Assembly: GCA_951406725.2 (NCBI GenBank)
Contig: OX597815.1
Coordinates: forward strand, 86,614,001 to 86,678,000
DNA length: 64,000 nt
Source of the DNA: Octopus vulgaris
Lineage: Eukaryota
Reading direction: 5' to 3'
In this document: positions 26,682-38,810 of the stretch, piece after piece
Position numbering within the stretch: the first letter of the stretch is position 1
Layout of the letters: each line of letters starts with the position of its first letter
The notes under the pieces: model-generated
The model's database searches: none
Told to the model about the DNA's origin: nothing
The model's input: only the letters and a program-made list of their open reading frames with translations
Translations under genes and position numbers: made by a program

Positions 26682-26903
26682 GGTGGTGGTGGTGGTGGTG
26701 TTGTTGTGGTGGTGGTGGTGGTGGTGGTGTTTGTTACTGCGTGAGTGAAATGGCTTGTGTTTCAGGCATGTGTTTCAGGTGTCGATCCTGTGTTTATTCT
26801 ACGCGCGTTTGTGGTTTTGATTTTTTTCCCTTTCCACTTCTTGTGTGGATAAGGATTGTTGTTTTGTTGTCAGTATGTTTATTTTTCTTTCTATCTCTTT
26901 TAC

Positions 26904-27985
26904 TTAGTTTTCTTCTTTTTTAAACTGCCAATCTTCAGTGCTCCCCGTCTCTCCACCTGTGATGTCCACCCGCTCTGCATCGGGAAGCAGAACATTTTCG
27001 GACGCTGAGAAGTGTTTCGGCGAACTCTTTGTCGGTATGGTTGTTGGTGTTGGTGGTACTACAGCTGAATCTGATGATGATGATGGTGCTGCTGCTGTTG
27101 TCTTTGGAGTTCTGGTAGCCGTTCTTGGTGTAGAGAGGAGAGGTGTCCGTCTCTCTTTTTCATTTTGTTTGCGGCAGTCGACTTTTAAATGCTTAGGCGA
27201 AAAGCAAAGGTGGCACATTGCTTTTTTTCCATCAGCCTCGATGGGAATTATGTTGCCTCCAGAAAGAAGGATCTGGTCTGGGATGAGATCCACATTCTTT
27301 TATGTTGTTTGAATGAGGAGTTCTACGGTCATCCCAGACCAGTTTTCCTTTTTGGCCTGATAGGCTTCAAAGATTTTTGAATTTTCCTCGATGTCTATCA
27401 TCACTACTGCAATTAGGCAAAGAATGGTTATTTCTGGTGGCACCTGCTGAATTATAATTCTTGCCAGTCTCCGACCTCACTAGCAAGGGACTAGCAACAG
27501 TTCCTCGCTTTTAAGAGGAATCAGAGAGTTTTGTTTGACATCTTTCTCGGTGTGGGATCGCGTCCACCATTCCATAGGCCTTTCCTCTCTGTATATATTT
27601 CTTTTGATTCCAGATGGAGCCTAAAGCTTGTTGTATTTGAGCCGCTCTGGATCTTCCACCCTCCTTGACTTTAACCCGATTGTACGGTACGTCATTGTGC
27701 AACGTATCGTAGCTTGGATTGTCTCAGATGAGTTATTCAACTTTGAAGCTAGTCCATCGCTCTCTACTAGCTGTCTAGCATATCTCAGTTCTTCTTCTGA
27801 GAATTGTATTCTCTGACGAGAATATCTAGCTAATCCAGCGAAAGAAAACTCTGAAAGGCTGTTCCAAGCCGTTGTAGCGGTTTGCGTCTTAGCTCCTTCA
27901 TTCTCTTTGTCATTGTTGTTGTTTTTGTTGCTGCCGTTGCTGTTGTTGTTGCTATTGCTGTTGCTGTTGTTGCTGCTGTTGTTGG

Positions 27986-28019
<34 letters not shown>

Positions 28020-28067
28020 CTTGCTGTTGTTGTAATTTGTAATTAATTCATCCGCTGCCTCGCACAC
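26904..28067 (-). pseudogene. LINE ORF1 (gag-like zinc knuckle), frameshifted
   Basis: ORF pieces 27621-28067 and 26904-27293. CX2CX4HX4C motif and an Asn-repeat N-terminus. Confidence 0.75.
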
Positions 28068-28581
28068 GGAAGGCTTTTCACCGCTTACATTTTCGAAATT
28101 AATGTTTTCACTTCAAATATTATTGTTAAAATTAGAGCCTTTGCTTTTCAAAAGATCTGATGAGTGATTCTTCTTGAAAAAAATGGCTCCGTTGTTCTTT
28201 TTGTCCCTTTTTTCGGGAAAAATACAACTATCGTCTGCTTTGTTTTTCAACCGGAGTCGCTTCGCACGCATGCACTCGCACTTTCATTGGCGTTTGGTGA
28301 CGCTCCTCACTTTCTCCCCCCTCTCTCACATATAAGCGTCACCATGTTTTTCTCCATGTTGGTGGGGAAAGCGCACACAACTTTGCTTAAAAAAACAAAA
28401 ACAATTGACCTGTTCCCCCAAAGCTGGGAGACGAAACAGGAAAATTAACTCACCACTCGACAGCAAATAACTTGTTCACCACGATGGTATAAATTGAAGG
28501 GAGTACATAAAACAATTTTGTGTTTTTTTTCTTATGAAATCCACAGAGCGACGTCAAGCGTGACTTACTTGGCTGATGGCC

Positions 28582-28709
<128 letters not shown>

Positions 28710-29011
28710 GCAGTAGTATATTTTTATATCGTGCTTTCACTTCACTACCGAGCACAGCTCTGTGTGCCTTGGGTATGTGCTGTGATTTGTTGTGATGCTC
28801 TGATGGTTATTGTATGGAAAGTGTTCTGCGTAGGATGTGTGCAGTGCCTAGTAGTGCAATTTTCTGTATGTTATATGTGTTTGTAAGTCCTGGTGTTTTT
28901 GTTATGTATTTGTCTGAATATTTTTTTATCATGCCTAATGCACCTACTATGATAGGAATTGTTTCTGTTTTTAGATTCCACATTCTGGTTACCTCTATTT
29001 CCAGGTCTTTG

Positions 29012-29016
<5 letters not shown>
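28710..29016 (-). mobile_element. 5'-truncated R4/Dong-like RLE LINE in (TAA)n
   Basis: Open C-terminus KYKDLEIEVTRMWNLKTETIPIIVGALG..QKIALLGTAHILRRTL, ~100 nt 3'UTR, TAA repeats on both sides. Confidence 0.88.
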
Positions 29017-29086
<70 letters not shown>

Positions 29087-29087
<1 letters not shown>

Positions 29088-29299
29088 CCTTTCTACTATA
29101 GGCACAAGGCTGGAAATTTAGGGGTAGGGGACTAGTCGAATACGTCAACCCCAGTGTTACACTTTTACTTAATTTATCGACCCAGAAAGGATGAAAGGCA
29201 AAGTTGCCCACGGCCGAATTTGAACTCAGAACGTAGCGACGGGCAAAATACCGCTAATTATTTCGTCCGGCGCGCTAACGATCCTGCTACCTCGCCGCC
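29087..29299 (-). mobile_element. tRNA-derived SINE, family 3 (Meta-domain-like)
   Basis: Minus-strand head GGCGGCGAGGTAGCAGGATCGTTAG, B box GAGTTCAAATTC and GCCTTTCATCCTTTCTGGGTCGATAAA core. Confidence 0.85.
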
Positions 29300-29302
29300 T
29301 TT

Positions 29303-29368
<66 letters not shown>

Positions 29369-30204
29369 GACAAAAGCATTTTTGTAGATACAGTATTTGG
29401 CTGTTTAGTGAAAAGTGATTGAAGGGTGTACAAAGACTATACATACATTTGAAGCAATAAGCCCGACACTTTTTTTATAATTTATTCAAAATAGAAGGTG
29501 TCGTTCTGACATTTGCAAGTCTTACCTGAATGTTAGATCAATGTAATTAATGTTCAGTTTCGTGTTGGTGCTGTTATGAAGAACCTAGCTTGAGCTGTTT
29601 TCCCATCCCACCAACGATATTGTAAACCAGTCTTACAGTCCTACTTATATGCTCTTATTCTGAGTAATGGAGCAGATATCTTAGCACGCATTGGATTTGT
29701 CAGATATTTCAGGAAGGAGATATTTCTGCCTCGTCTAAATTTGGTTTAATGAAATATTTTTTAACACAATGGATAGCACCATATCAAGTGTATTTCTAAA
29801 AGCAGTACTCCCAGTATGAATGTAACGATAAAAGACGGACTTTTTATGGAGTACATATCAGGGTGCCTTTAAACGATATGTTTAATTTGTACAAGCCTTT
29901 AATACACAAGGAAAAAGTGGTCTGTTTTTAAATGGTTTGTGTAGAGTATTAATTCCCCTACGTATAAAATTCGCTTCGATGCCTATAAAGAAAAAACATT
30001 GTCCAAAATCTGCTTCTTGCATGCCCATCCATTTTTCTGTCTAGTCAATATCGACGCGATGAGCGATCAACAGAGAGAATGATTTCATCAACATTTTTGC
30101 GCAATTGAAGTATAGTATGAGCAATCCTGGCGGCTGATCCCTATACTATAACACGACGTTTCAAACTTATTCACTGTACTTTTAAGGCTTGCATGGTATA
30201 TATA

Positions 30205-30236
<32 letters not shown>

Positions 30237-30400
30237 GATGAGAAAGTTGGTTTGTGAAAGCACGTGGTTGAATAAATAGAAAATAGTAAAAAGTGAAAAA
30301 ACTACAGAAGGCTTGTTTTAAAAGGTTAAAAAATATATATTTGAGTCAATATGCCTGAAGAATATTATAAATTTTTTTTCTTACTATGACATAATTTAGA

Positions 30401-30438
30401 AGAAATGACCGGTTTCGCGTTTAGCTTTTCAAATTTCT
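30401..30438 (-). ncRNA. Intact class B (U3-A8) minimal hammerhead
   Basis: Minus strand AGAAAT-TTGAAAA-GC[TAAAC]GC-GAAA-CCGG-TC^ATTTCT. Perfect 6 bp stem I, GUC site. Confidence 0.85.
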
Positions 30439-30441
30439 TAC

Positions 30442-30522
30442 ATCGTTATGTTTATGTTGAGAAGAGTTATCGTTATGTTTATGTTGAGGGGAGTTATCGT
30501 TATGTTTATGTTGAAAAGAGTT
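30442..30522. repeat. 3 x 27 bp tandem repeat in PLE 3'UTR
   Basis: ATCGTTATGTTTATGTTGA(G/A)RRGAGTT repeated three times. Confidence 0.92.
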
Positions 30523-31223
30523 CTAGATAAGGGGAGGTAATAAGTGATTTCTTCCGGTGTAAGGGAGATAATCGCTTAAAATGTTTTGCCTTTCCTTTGG
30601 GGTGAATTTCTCTGTATAAGTATGTTGGAATGGTTAAGTCTGGGCTTGTACTTTTCAATGAAGAATGTTTCCTTGTTTAGTCTAATTTGTGTTGGTGTTC
30701 CGATAGCACATTGGTAAAATGGAAAGATTAAAAATTGTGGTAGTAGTTGCTTTGCGCATTTCTCAAGGTATCATTCTGTATTCTGGGAATGCAATCTGTT
30801 GTCGATGCAGTGTGCATCTACGTCTGAGTGATAGTCCCGTGGATCCCACGTAGTCTTGGTGGCAGCCCGAGCATTTTATGACATAAATTATGTTTTCAGA
30901 GGCACAAGTAAAATTAGATTTGATCTTGAATTTCTTTCCCTCTTTGAAGAGGAATTCTGATCCTTCTAGCAGGTTTGGACATGTTGCACAGTTCGGTCTA
31001 CCACATTTTTTTACTTTTGCATCCGTAATTTCAGAAAACAATTTTGCCTTTGTGAGAATCTTTTTAAGTGATTTAGGTTGTTTGTAGCTTTTAATGATTT
31101 GGTGTATGTTTAGAATTTCCTTTAATTTGGGATCCTTATGAAGTATTGGTAAATTATGGGTGTTGATGGTGAGGGCTTCTTTGTTTCTGTTCAGAATCAG
31201 AAATCAACATAGAAAGAAGGAGG

Positions 31224-31258
31224 ATTAAACGTTTCGAGAGGAGCTCTTCGTCAGAAAC
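31224..31258 (-). ncRNA. Class C hammerhead motif in a solo pLTR-like fragment (31200-31332)
   Basis: Minus strand GTTT-CTGACGA-AGAG[CTCCT]CTC-GAAA-CG-TT. Confidence 0.75.
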
Positions 31259-31327
31259 ATAGGAAAAGGAAAGATCCAAGGAAGGGAAGACGGAGAAAAA
31301 AATCGCCAACGATACACACGCGGTCAC

Positions 31328-31397
<70 letters not shown>

Positions 31398-31441
31398 CAT
31401 TAATAAATCTCTGAATGAGATATAAACAGTAACCGCTCGAC

Positions 31442-31604
31442 AACGTAAAGTGTGCTAGCCATCTGAATGTGGCTAGCCACTGGGGTGGGGTGTTACTGAC
31501 GCTTTTAGCCCCAGGTGGTGACGTTGATCTCCTGGGGCTAAAAGCGTCAGTAACACCCCACCCCAGTGGCTAGCCACATTCAGATGGCTAGTACACTTTA
31601 CGTT
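31442..31604. repeat. Fold-back inverted repeat (74 bp arms, 15 nt loop) between (TA)n
   Basis: 31442-31515 vs 31531-31604 with one mismatch. Confidence 0.93.
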
Positions 31605-31718
31605 ATATATATATATATATATATATATACATCTGGGAATGTATATATATATATATATAAAATGTATATATTTATATATTATTTATATTATATTATATTA
31701 TATTATATTATATTATAT

Positions 31719-31764
<46 letters not shown>

Positions 31765-32992
31765 TTCATACGCATGCGTATCTAATGAATTTATTACATA
31801 TAAGTGAGATTATACATGAATAAATCAAGTATATAATGTCTGAGTTCTTGAGAGAGTAAAAAAAAACTAAGAACTGTCATAATTTACAAAGAAGACACAG
31901 TAGAGAAAAAAATTTAAGACAGAATTGGAATCGACGTCCATAACCCAATCAGAAATTTTTTTATGAAAAAAAAGTTTATTTTGTTGACCAATATAATTAC
32001 TTGGTATCAGGAAGAAATTTTACTGGAATCTATTTCGCTTTGCTATGTATCACGGAATCCAATTGTTATTATCACGAACTTTAGAAAAAAATGTTTACTT
32101 TGAATATTTATATATCTGATATGTTTTTGTCTCATTTATCCAGACAATAATATATAGCAGGTGAAAAACAGATGCGAAGAACATATGACATAATAAACAC
32201 ACTGCATAAATAACAATACCGTAGTCAAGAAATAGCACATTTTAATGATGTTGTTTTGTTGTACGTAAACAAAGTTGCAAGAAACGTGATTATCTAGTTT
32301 ACACACACACACACACAAACACATGTGCTTATATATGTACGTATACATGTCTGTGTGTACAGAGATAATGAGATAATGTATATGTTGTATGTTATATGCA
32401 TGCTATAAGAGTGCAATCATTATTTGATATAGAAGTCAATCCTTTGGATAAAGTGGAAGGATATGTTTATTATGTCAAAACACTAACACCCTTCTTGAGT
32501 TTTGCCTCCTCCATACACACACTCACACCCTCACACATATGCATATATACATACATAGGTACATACATACATGCATACATATGTATAATTGTTAAAGAGG
32601 ACAACAAACATTAAGGCAAGGCAAACATCTCAAATCGTATACAATATTATTATTGGTTCTGGGATATCTCCGAGTTTGGGATATTCTGTCATCAGAGACA
32701 AATAGGGAAAAATAGGAAAAAAGAGAAAGGTATATATTTAATGAGATGATGATATAGAGGAAGGGAGTAAAATGGGGAGAAAGAAGAAAAAAGAAGTATA
32801 AAAGTTCAAACAAGCCATAAGTTCTTATGGATCTACGCAGGATGAACTATGAACTTTTATGCTTTAAATATGAACTTTTATACCTCTTTTTTTCTTCTTT
32901 ATTTCCAACTCCTTATTCTTTAACTTCCTTCCTCCATGTCGTCATCTCATTAATATATACAATTCTCATTTTCCCTCTTTTTTTTCCGATTT

Positions 32993-33048
32993 GTCTCTGA
33001 TGACGGAATATCTCATACTCAGGGATATCCCTGAAACAGCTGCAAGAC
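32993..33048 (+). ncRNA. Class A hammerhead motif (cleavage triplet reads GCA)
   Basis: GTCT-CTGATGA-long stem II-GAAA-CAGCTG-CA-AGAC. Confidence 0.75.
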
Positions 33049-33344
33049 TGAATTTTTTCCAGTAATAATATTGTATACGACTTTGTCTTGCCTTAATGTT
33101 TGTTGTCCTCTTTAACAATTATATATCCGCTGCATCGGGAATCTGCAATGGCTCCATAACTACCGTCTCGGCTATAACCTTGGAGCTCTAGTAATCCGTT
33201 ACAGCACTTATCTAGTGTACCTAATCGTTTAGAACACCTGTGAACCAGTGTGTGTGTGTGTGTTTCTTTGTGTATGTGTGGGGTTTAACAAGACAAACAT
33301 TGATTTCATGTGAAGAGATCTTCACAATTCTCCAAGCGTGCAAC

Positions 33345-34307
33345 ATGGGCAATACTACCACTAATACTTCTACTAGAACTACTAATAATACTAGCATTAA
33401 TACTAATGCTACCGCCAATGGCGATATTACCTTTACCGAAAATAATACTATTACTAACACTCTTACTACCAATGCTACTATTAATAGTTACAATAATAAT
33501 AATAATACTAATAATAATACTAACACCACTACCACTACTAACACTACTACTACTACTAGTAATAATAATGATGATGATGATATTACCGATAGCGATAACA
33601 ATAATGACAGTAATAATAATAATGGTAATGATGGCGGAGATATTAATAACAACAATAACGGCAATAATAACAATATCATGATCCAATCTCCAAATACAAT
33701 CCAAGCCTTTAACTTATCTGAAAGTAGCACTACCTCATCCCTCTCTCCAACTAACCATCGTAGAACAGATAGCTGCAACTGCAGACCTAGGACCGACTGC
33801 CCATTGCAAGCACAATATATAAGATTAAACGTGGTATACTAATTCACCGCCCACAACATGTTAAATAACTCCAACAGCTACCAAACTGGATCAACAACTA
33901 ACTTTAAACAAAGATATTCTGCACAGTTAAACTCATTTAAATATAAAGAACATAGCTATTCCACATCACTAGCCAGTTACGTACACCATCTAATTAATAG
34001 AAAAATACAATATAGGTTATCCTGGGCTATAATAGATTCTGGCATCCCATATCAGGACTAGCGCTCCACTTGTGGACTCAGCCTAAAAGAAGCTCTCAAA
34101 ATGTTAACGCATAACTCACCACAATTGCTTAACAAATACAACGAAGCCTTCACAGCGTGTAAACACAAATTCTTCTGCACTTTTAAATTCTTCCATAAAT
34201 CCAAATATAAATTTCAACACCCCTACACACATGGTACTCACGTACATACCTCCATGATCATTAATACATACCCTTGTACATATTTTCTATCAACCTTAGT
34301 ACCTTAG
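33345..34307 (+). pseudogene. Asn/Thr-rich region fused to a PLE GIY-YIG endonuclease, two in-frame stops
   Basis: ORF-track pieces 33240-33842, 33858-34061 and 34101-34307 share one frame. Motifs CNCR..CPL, NVVY, TGSTTNFKQRY, STSLASY, WAII..PY..CGL..E, LLNK..E..CKH. Confidence 0.85.
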
Positions 34308-35029
34308 AAAATAACTTTATTTTTACAACAATCTATTAAACCCTCTAATCTCTAGTTGTAACTTTCTTCCTAAATAATTTAAAATCCATCTGGTCTCTCT
34401 TTTCACGACAACCTACACACATATATTCCCATAGCTAAAAATATTGCTATAGCCACTGACTTTAGCCATAAAACGGACACAAACACTTACTACTTGATTT
34501 CCTCCCCAACCCCTACAAACTAGAACAGCACAACCGCCTAATATTCTCTTTGAATCCCTTTCAGTTTAATTTATTTTATATTCTTTACACTATCTTCCTT
34601 TACCTCCTCCTCTCTCGTTATATCGTTATATATCTATTTATTTATCTTGTTTATTTTTGTACATTATATTTCTGTATACTTTATTTTATCCTCCACACCA
34701 ATCCTTACATTCCTCCTCCACTCACTTTCCCTACTAATACCTCTCTTTCTATTTATTTTTTTATATTTTTATCCCTCAAGAGCCACCTCCGCTATCACTA
34801 GCGTACGAACCTTCGATACATTCGCGTTCATCTCTGGATATTTACACTATGAAGGCTATAACCATAAATGAATTTTGCATAGGACTTATAGATAACATCT
34901 ACACTATCGGAAAGTTGAACTGTGATCTTTTATCCTCTTTTTCTTCTTTTTCTTGTTTTGTTTATTCCTTTTCTCCAATCCTCTATATCAGTATTTCCTT
35001 AATCTATACCTTTCACATTTTCCCTATTT

Positions 35030-35085
35030 GTCTCCGATGACAGAATATCCCATATTTTGGGATATCCCAGAAACAGGTGTAAGAC
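35030..35085 (+). ncRNA. Class A hammerhead motif (CCGATGA core)
   Basis: GTCT-CCGATGA-CAGAATATCCCA[TATTT]TGGGATATCCCA-GAAA-CAGGTG-TA-AGAC. Confidence 0.72.
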
Positions 35086-35346
35086 TTTAAAATTTTTCAA
35101 ATAATAATTACTTAAATGACTTGAGATGTTCGTATTGCCTTAGCATCTGTTGTCCTCTTTAGCAATTATATATTCGCTATATTGGAAATTTACATCGATT
35201 CCATAACTTCCGTCTCGGCTATGATCTTGAAGCCCTGATAATCCATTACAGTACGTACCCAGTGTCCCTAGTCGCTTAGATCACCTGCGAATTAAATCCC
35301 CCATATATTGTATATATGTTTGCATGTATGTATGTATGTATGTATG

Positions 35347-35416
<70 letters not shown>

Positions 35417-36373
35417 GTTATTAGTGAAAGATTATTAATCCAGGCAAAATACTTTATAAGCTATCTGTTAGTACACCAGGCTGACAATATTATTATTTAA
35501 GTTAATAAAATATTCCGTATATTCTTATGGCAGAGTGTGAGGTTATAGTCTACCTTCACTCTGTATTGTAAATCCATAGTTGTGTTCCAGTTAAACCGGC
35601 TTTTACACAGAGTGATATACAAGACAAGGCATAAATAATGGACATTACATACTTCTTTATTGTAATAAATTTGACTTACACCTGCTTACGAAGCAAGCTT
35701 ATAGGAAAGTGGAAATAGCTTTATTGAAGCTATTTTACACAATAAAACTACATTAGGAACGGTATACTAAACGGCACTGAACGTCTTCCAATTAGAAAAT
35801 GAGTAAATACTCTGTCAACAGATTATGAACTGCGTAAATCTATTCATTGTCTCTACCAAGCAAGACACCGGATTGGATGGCATTCGATTAGAAATCACCA
35901 ATTGTGCAAAGCGTAAGATGTTGAGCCATCTTCGCAAACTGCTGTGCCAGGGATGGAATAAAGTAGCAGAACAACAGGTCATGAAAGATGGTATCATTGT
36001 TAATCGGTACAAGAAAAAAGATCATATAAGGGATTGTAAAATCTACAACAAATCTTTACCGCTTTACAAGATCAAACGGCTAACTATTCAGTCTTTGGCG
36101 ACTGATGACGAAAGTCAAACTACGTAAATTATCAACAGAGACATGCTGCACTAGTACCACACTGAACAGTCTCACAAGATCCTGTCATGATTTCGTGTTG
36201 ACCATCAGAAGGAATTAAAAGTTCTGAGCCAGGGTTTGAGTAATCCCTACCATTACCATTAACAATAAAGCCTGTGCGATAAAGGCTGTTCAAAAGTTCT
36301 CATACTTGTGAAGATTGCAGCTTACAGAGATTACTTCCTCATTATTCTGCTTTATAGCAGTGAGATTGAGAAC

Positions 36374-36596
36374 TGGCAAGCTGGCAGATTCGTTACCACG
36401 CCGGGCAAAATGCTTCGCGGTATTTCGTCCGTCTTTACGTCCGGAGTTCAAATTCCGCCGAGGTCGACTTTTCCTTTCATCCTTTCGGGATCGATAAATG
36501 AAGTACCAGTTGCCTACTGTGGTGGGGTGGTGGGGGGGTCGATATAAGCGACTGGCCCCTCCCCCAAATTTCGACACTTGTACCTAGAGTAGAAAA
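36374..36596 (+). mobile_element. Family 3 (Meta-like) SINE
   Basis: Homologous to 29087-29299. Core CCTTTCATCCTTTCGGGATCGATAAATGAAGTACCAG. Confidence 0.85.
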
Positions 36597-36599
36597 GTG

Positions 36600-37205
36600 A
36601 TATTGAGAGCTGGATCATCTGCTGCATACTGTAGGGGCCTCTCAGAAAATTCTGAACATTAAGACAGCTTCTAAACAGCAAGAGGACTGACCGATTCACC
36701 AACAGTGAGGCCCTGTTTCGTTGTTCTGGTGCACGTACAGATATCCAGCTTCGTCATCCTACAGCATTAACAGCGCTTCTGTTGGCCGGACCATGTTCAC
36801 TGCATGTTAAACGGGAGGATACCAAAATACCTGCTGCGTGATGAACTATCCTTCTGCAAAGGAATACAGGGACCACCACGTCATCATTTCAAATATGTCT
36901 GCAAAAGCTACATTAAGTCTATTTATATGAAGGTTGAAAATAGATGAATATTGTAGATGGTGAAACTAGGCAAGGGTTTTGAAGACGAGAAGAGATGCTG
37001 AGGATTGCTGGTGAAGGAAAGCAAAATTGAAGAAAAAGCAACAACTGGACAAGACTAGAGGATGATACCTTCAGGTATAATCACTGTACCCGAGACTGCT
37101 ACTAACTTGAGGGTATCTACAGTCAAAAAAGATGGTGTTCTGCCAATAAGGTCAAAAAGAAGACTTTCCAGGCGCAGATCTATAGTCTCGTGAGATAAAC
37201 AGATA
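36600..37205 (+). mobile_element. 3' end of an RTE-clade LINE
   Basis: RKILNI..TNSEAL..DHVHCMLNGRIPKYLLRDEL..GPPRHHFKYVCKS, remnant C2H2 finger near 37080-37140, and RTE-type tail ATAGTCTCGTGAGATAAACAGAT. Confidence 0.8.
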
Positions 37206-37545
37206 TCTCCACTCTATACAAACACATATACAAATAAATATACATGCATACGTGCATGCATGCATGCATCCATCCATCCATACATACATACATACATACA
37301 CATACATACATACATACATACATACATACGCAATTACCAAACATTAAATCATAATTGAAATTCTTGTAGCATTGTCGATCCGAGGCTACTGTAAAAATCA
37401 GTTGCATAACGTCGCGTGCAATTAGATCAATGCTTGGAACAGGTTAGTGCCCAGCGAACTTCTTCAACACACACACACCGCTTACTCTATGTGTACGTAT
37501 TCGTGAGAGAGATGTCATATATATATACCCACACGCACACATTAC

Positions 37546-37583
<38 letters not shown>

Positions 37584-37608
37584 CGTGTGTGTGTAGTCAC
37601 ACACACAC

Positions 37609-37678
<70 letters not shown>

Positions 37679-38239
37679 GTGACGGGGATCCTTCGGGAAT
37701 TTAAAATTTTGTTTCGGAGTTGTATTTGTTTTGTCTGGAAAGTGATTTAATCTGATACTGTGTATTGAAACTAATATTGAAACTAATGCGAAACAGTGTG
37801 CAAACTCGTTTTATTCTTTAAAAACCGGAACTATCATGTAATCAATTATTATATGGTACCCCGATTTCAGTTGCACTGTCTGCGACCTACTCACAGACAT
37901 AATTTCACTGTCACATTAGAATTATTGACTGGATGCACGTGAAGTTACACGGCATGCCTTATCACGAGTCAACAAAAGGAATATAGAAAGACATCAAATC
38001 CACGGAACGTGATGTCCGGTGATCTTTGTTAATTCATTTTGATACCAACATACATACATACATACACACACCCATACATACATACACACACCCATACATA
38101 CATACATACAAACATACACACATACATGCATATGTACGTACGTACATAAATACATACATACATACATACATACATACATACATACATACATACATACATA
38201 CATACATACATACATACATAAATACATGCATGCATGCAT

Positions 38240-38810
38240 AATAGTAATATTGGTCATAAAGCAGTCTATCATGGACCAGTAGCCGGATTACTACCTCCCA
38301 CTTTGAAGTGTATGCGTTTGCGATCCAAAAACAAGAAATATCACTCAAATACCTGAAGCACAAAAGGAATAGAGATGCAGGAAAAGCGTTAAAATGTGAC
38401 AACCGATGCAAACTTTGAGGAGTTAACACTCAAGATATCACCCACATAATAAGCAGTTGTCTAAATACCAATCTTGAGAAATTAGGCTTCTCAAAACCAG
38501 AAGGGAGAAAGCTAATTCAAAGACTACTGATCCAATCCATCACTGGAATTTTAGAAATCTGTAAAACTTTCCGAGAGTTTATCATTTAAATATATATGAG
38601 CATTTCTTGAAATGCAACTATATACATGAGAATACATACATAAAACAAAACATACAAATCTACACATATATATACAAATTACATACATACAAACAAACAA
38701 AAATACCCTGTTGCTAATGTTGAAATTTCAATGAAAGAGCTTTGGATCTGGGTTAGAAACCTGTTCTTTCACTATTGGCAAGAAATCTTGAAGTACTACT
38801 GAACGATGAC
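38240..38810 (+). mobile_element. Internally deleted R4-like RLE LINE 3' fragment in (ACAT)n
   Basis: SHFEVYAFAIQKQEISLKYL..CDNRCKL*..QDITHIISSC (CCHC), then the C-terminus LIQRLLIQSITGILEICKTF. 3'UTR resembles 11370-11402. Confidence 0.72.

Larger units (their letters stand above)
24345..28400 (-). mobile_element. L1/Tx1-clade LINE, degenerate and internally deleted
   Basis: ORF1 with CCHC knuckle CHLCFSPKHLKVDC, APE domain (SVNVRSL..ISETR..VYA), PGYWKLN-like linker, SGATINQEK, and post-RT LFHFLWK..GGLSM. Confidence 0.9.
30240..31190 (-). mobile_element. 5'-truncated Neptune-type PLE (Zn-finger linker + GIY-YIG + pLTR)
   Basis: KCGRPNCATC linker and NIIYVIKCSGCHQDYVGSTG..RRRCTLHRQQI. HHR at 30401-30438. 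Ends at (TA)n. Confidence 0.92.
32584..35290 (+). mobile_element. PLE complex: inverted pLTR + pLTR + EN-only ORF + direct pLTR
   Basis: 32584-32808 is inverted relative to 32871-33125. 32871-33242 is a diverged direct repeat of 34915-35288. Class A HHRs in the repeats. Confidence 0.85.

Noticed and set aside
29470-29760. Possible mariner remnant (also 20950-21200)
   Set aside because: Only single degenerate HPP/SPDL-like motifs; not supportable without alignment.
30442-30522. CRISPR-like array
   Set aside because: Contiguous tandem repeat without unique spacers, in eukaryotic PLE context with no cas genes.
36100-36120. CTGATGACGAAAGTC hammerhead-like string
   Set aside because: No room for stem II and no stem I or stem III pairing.
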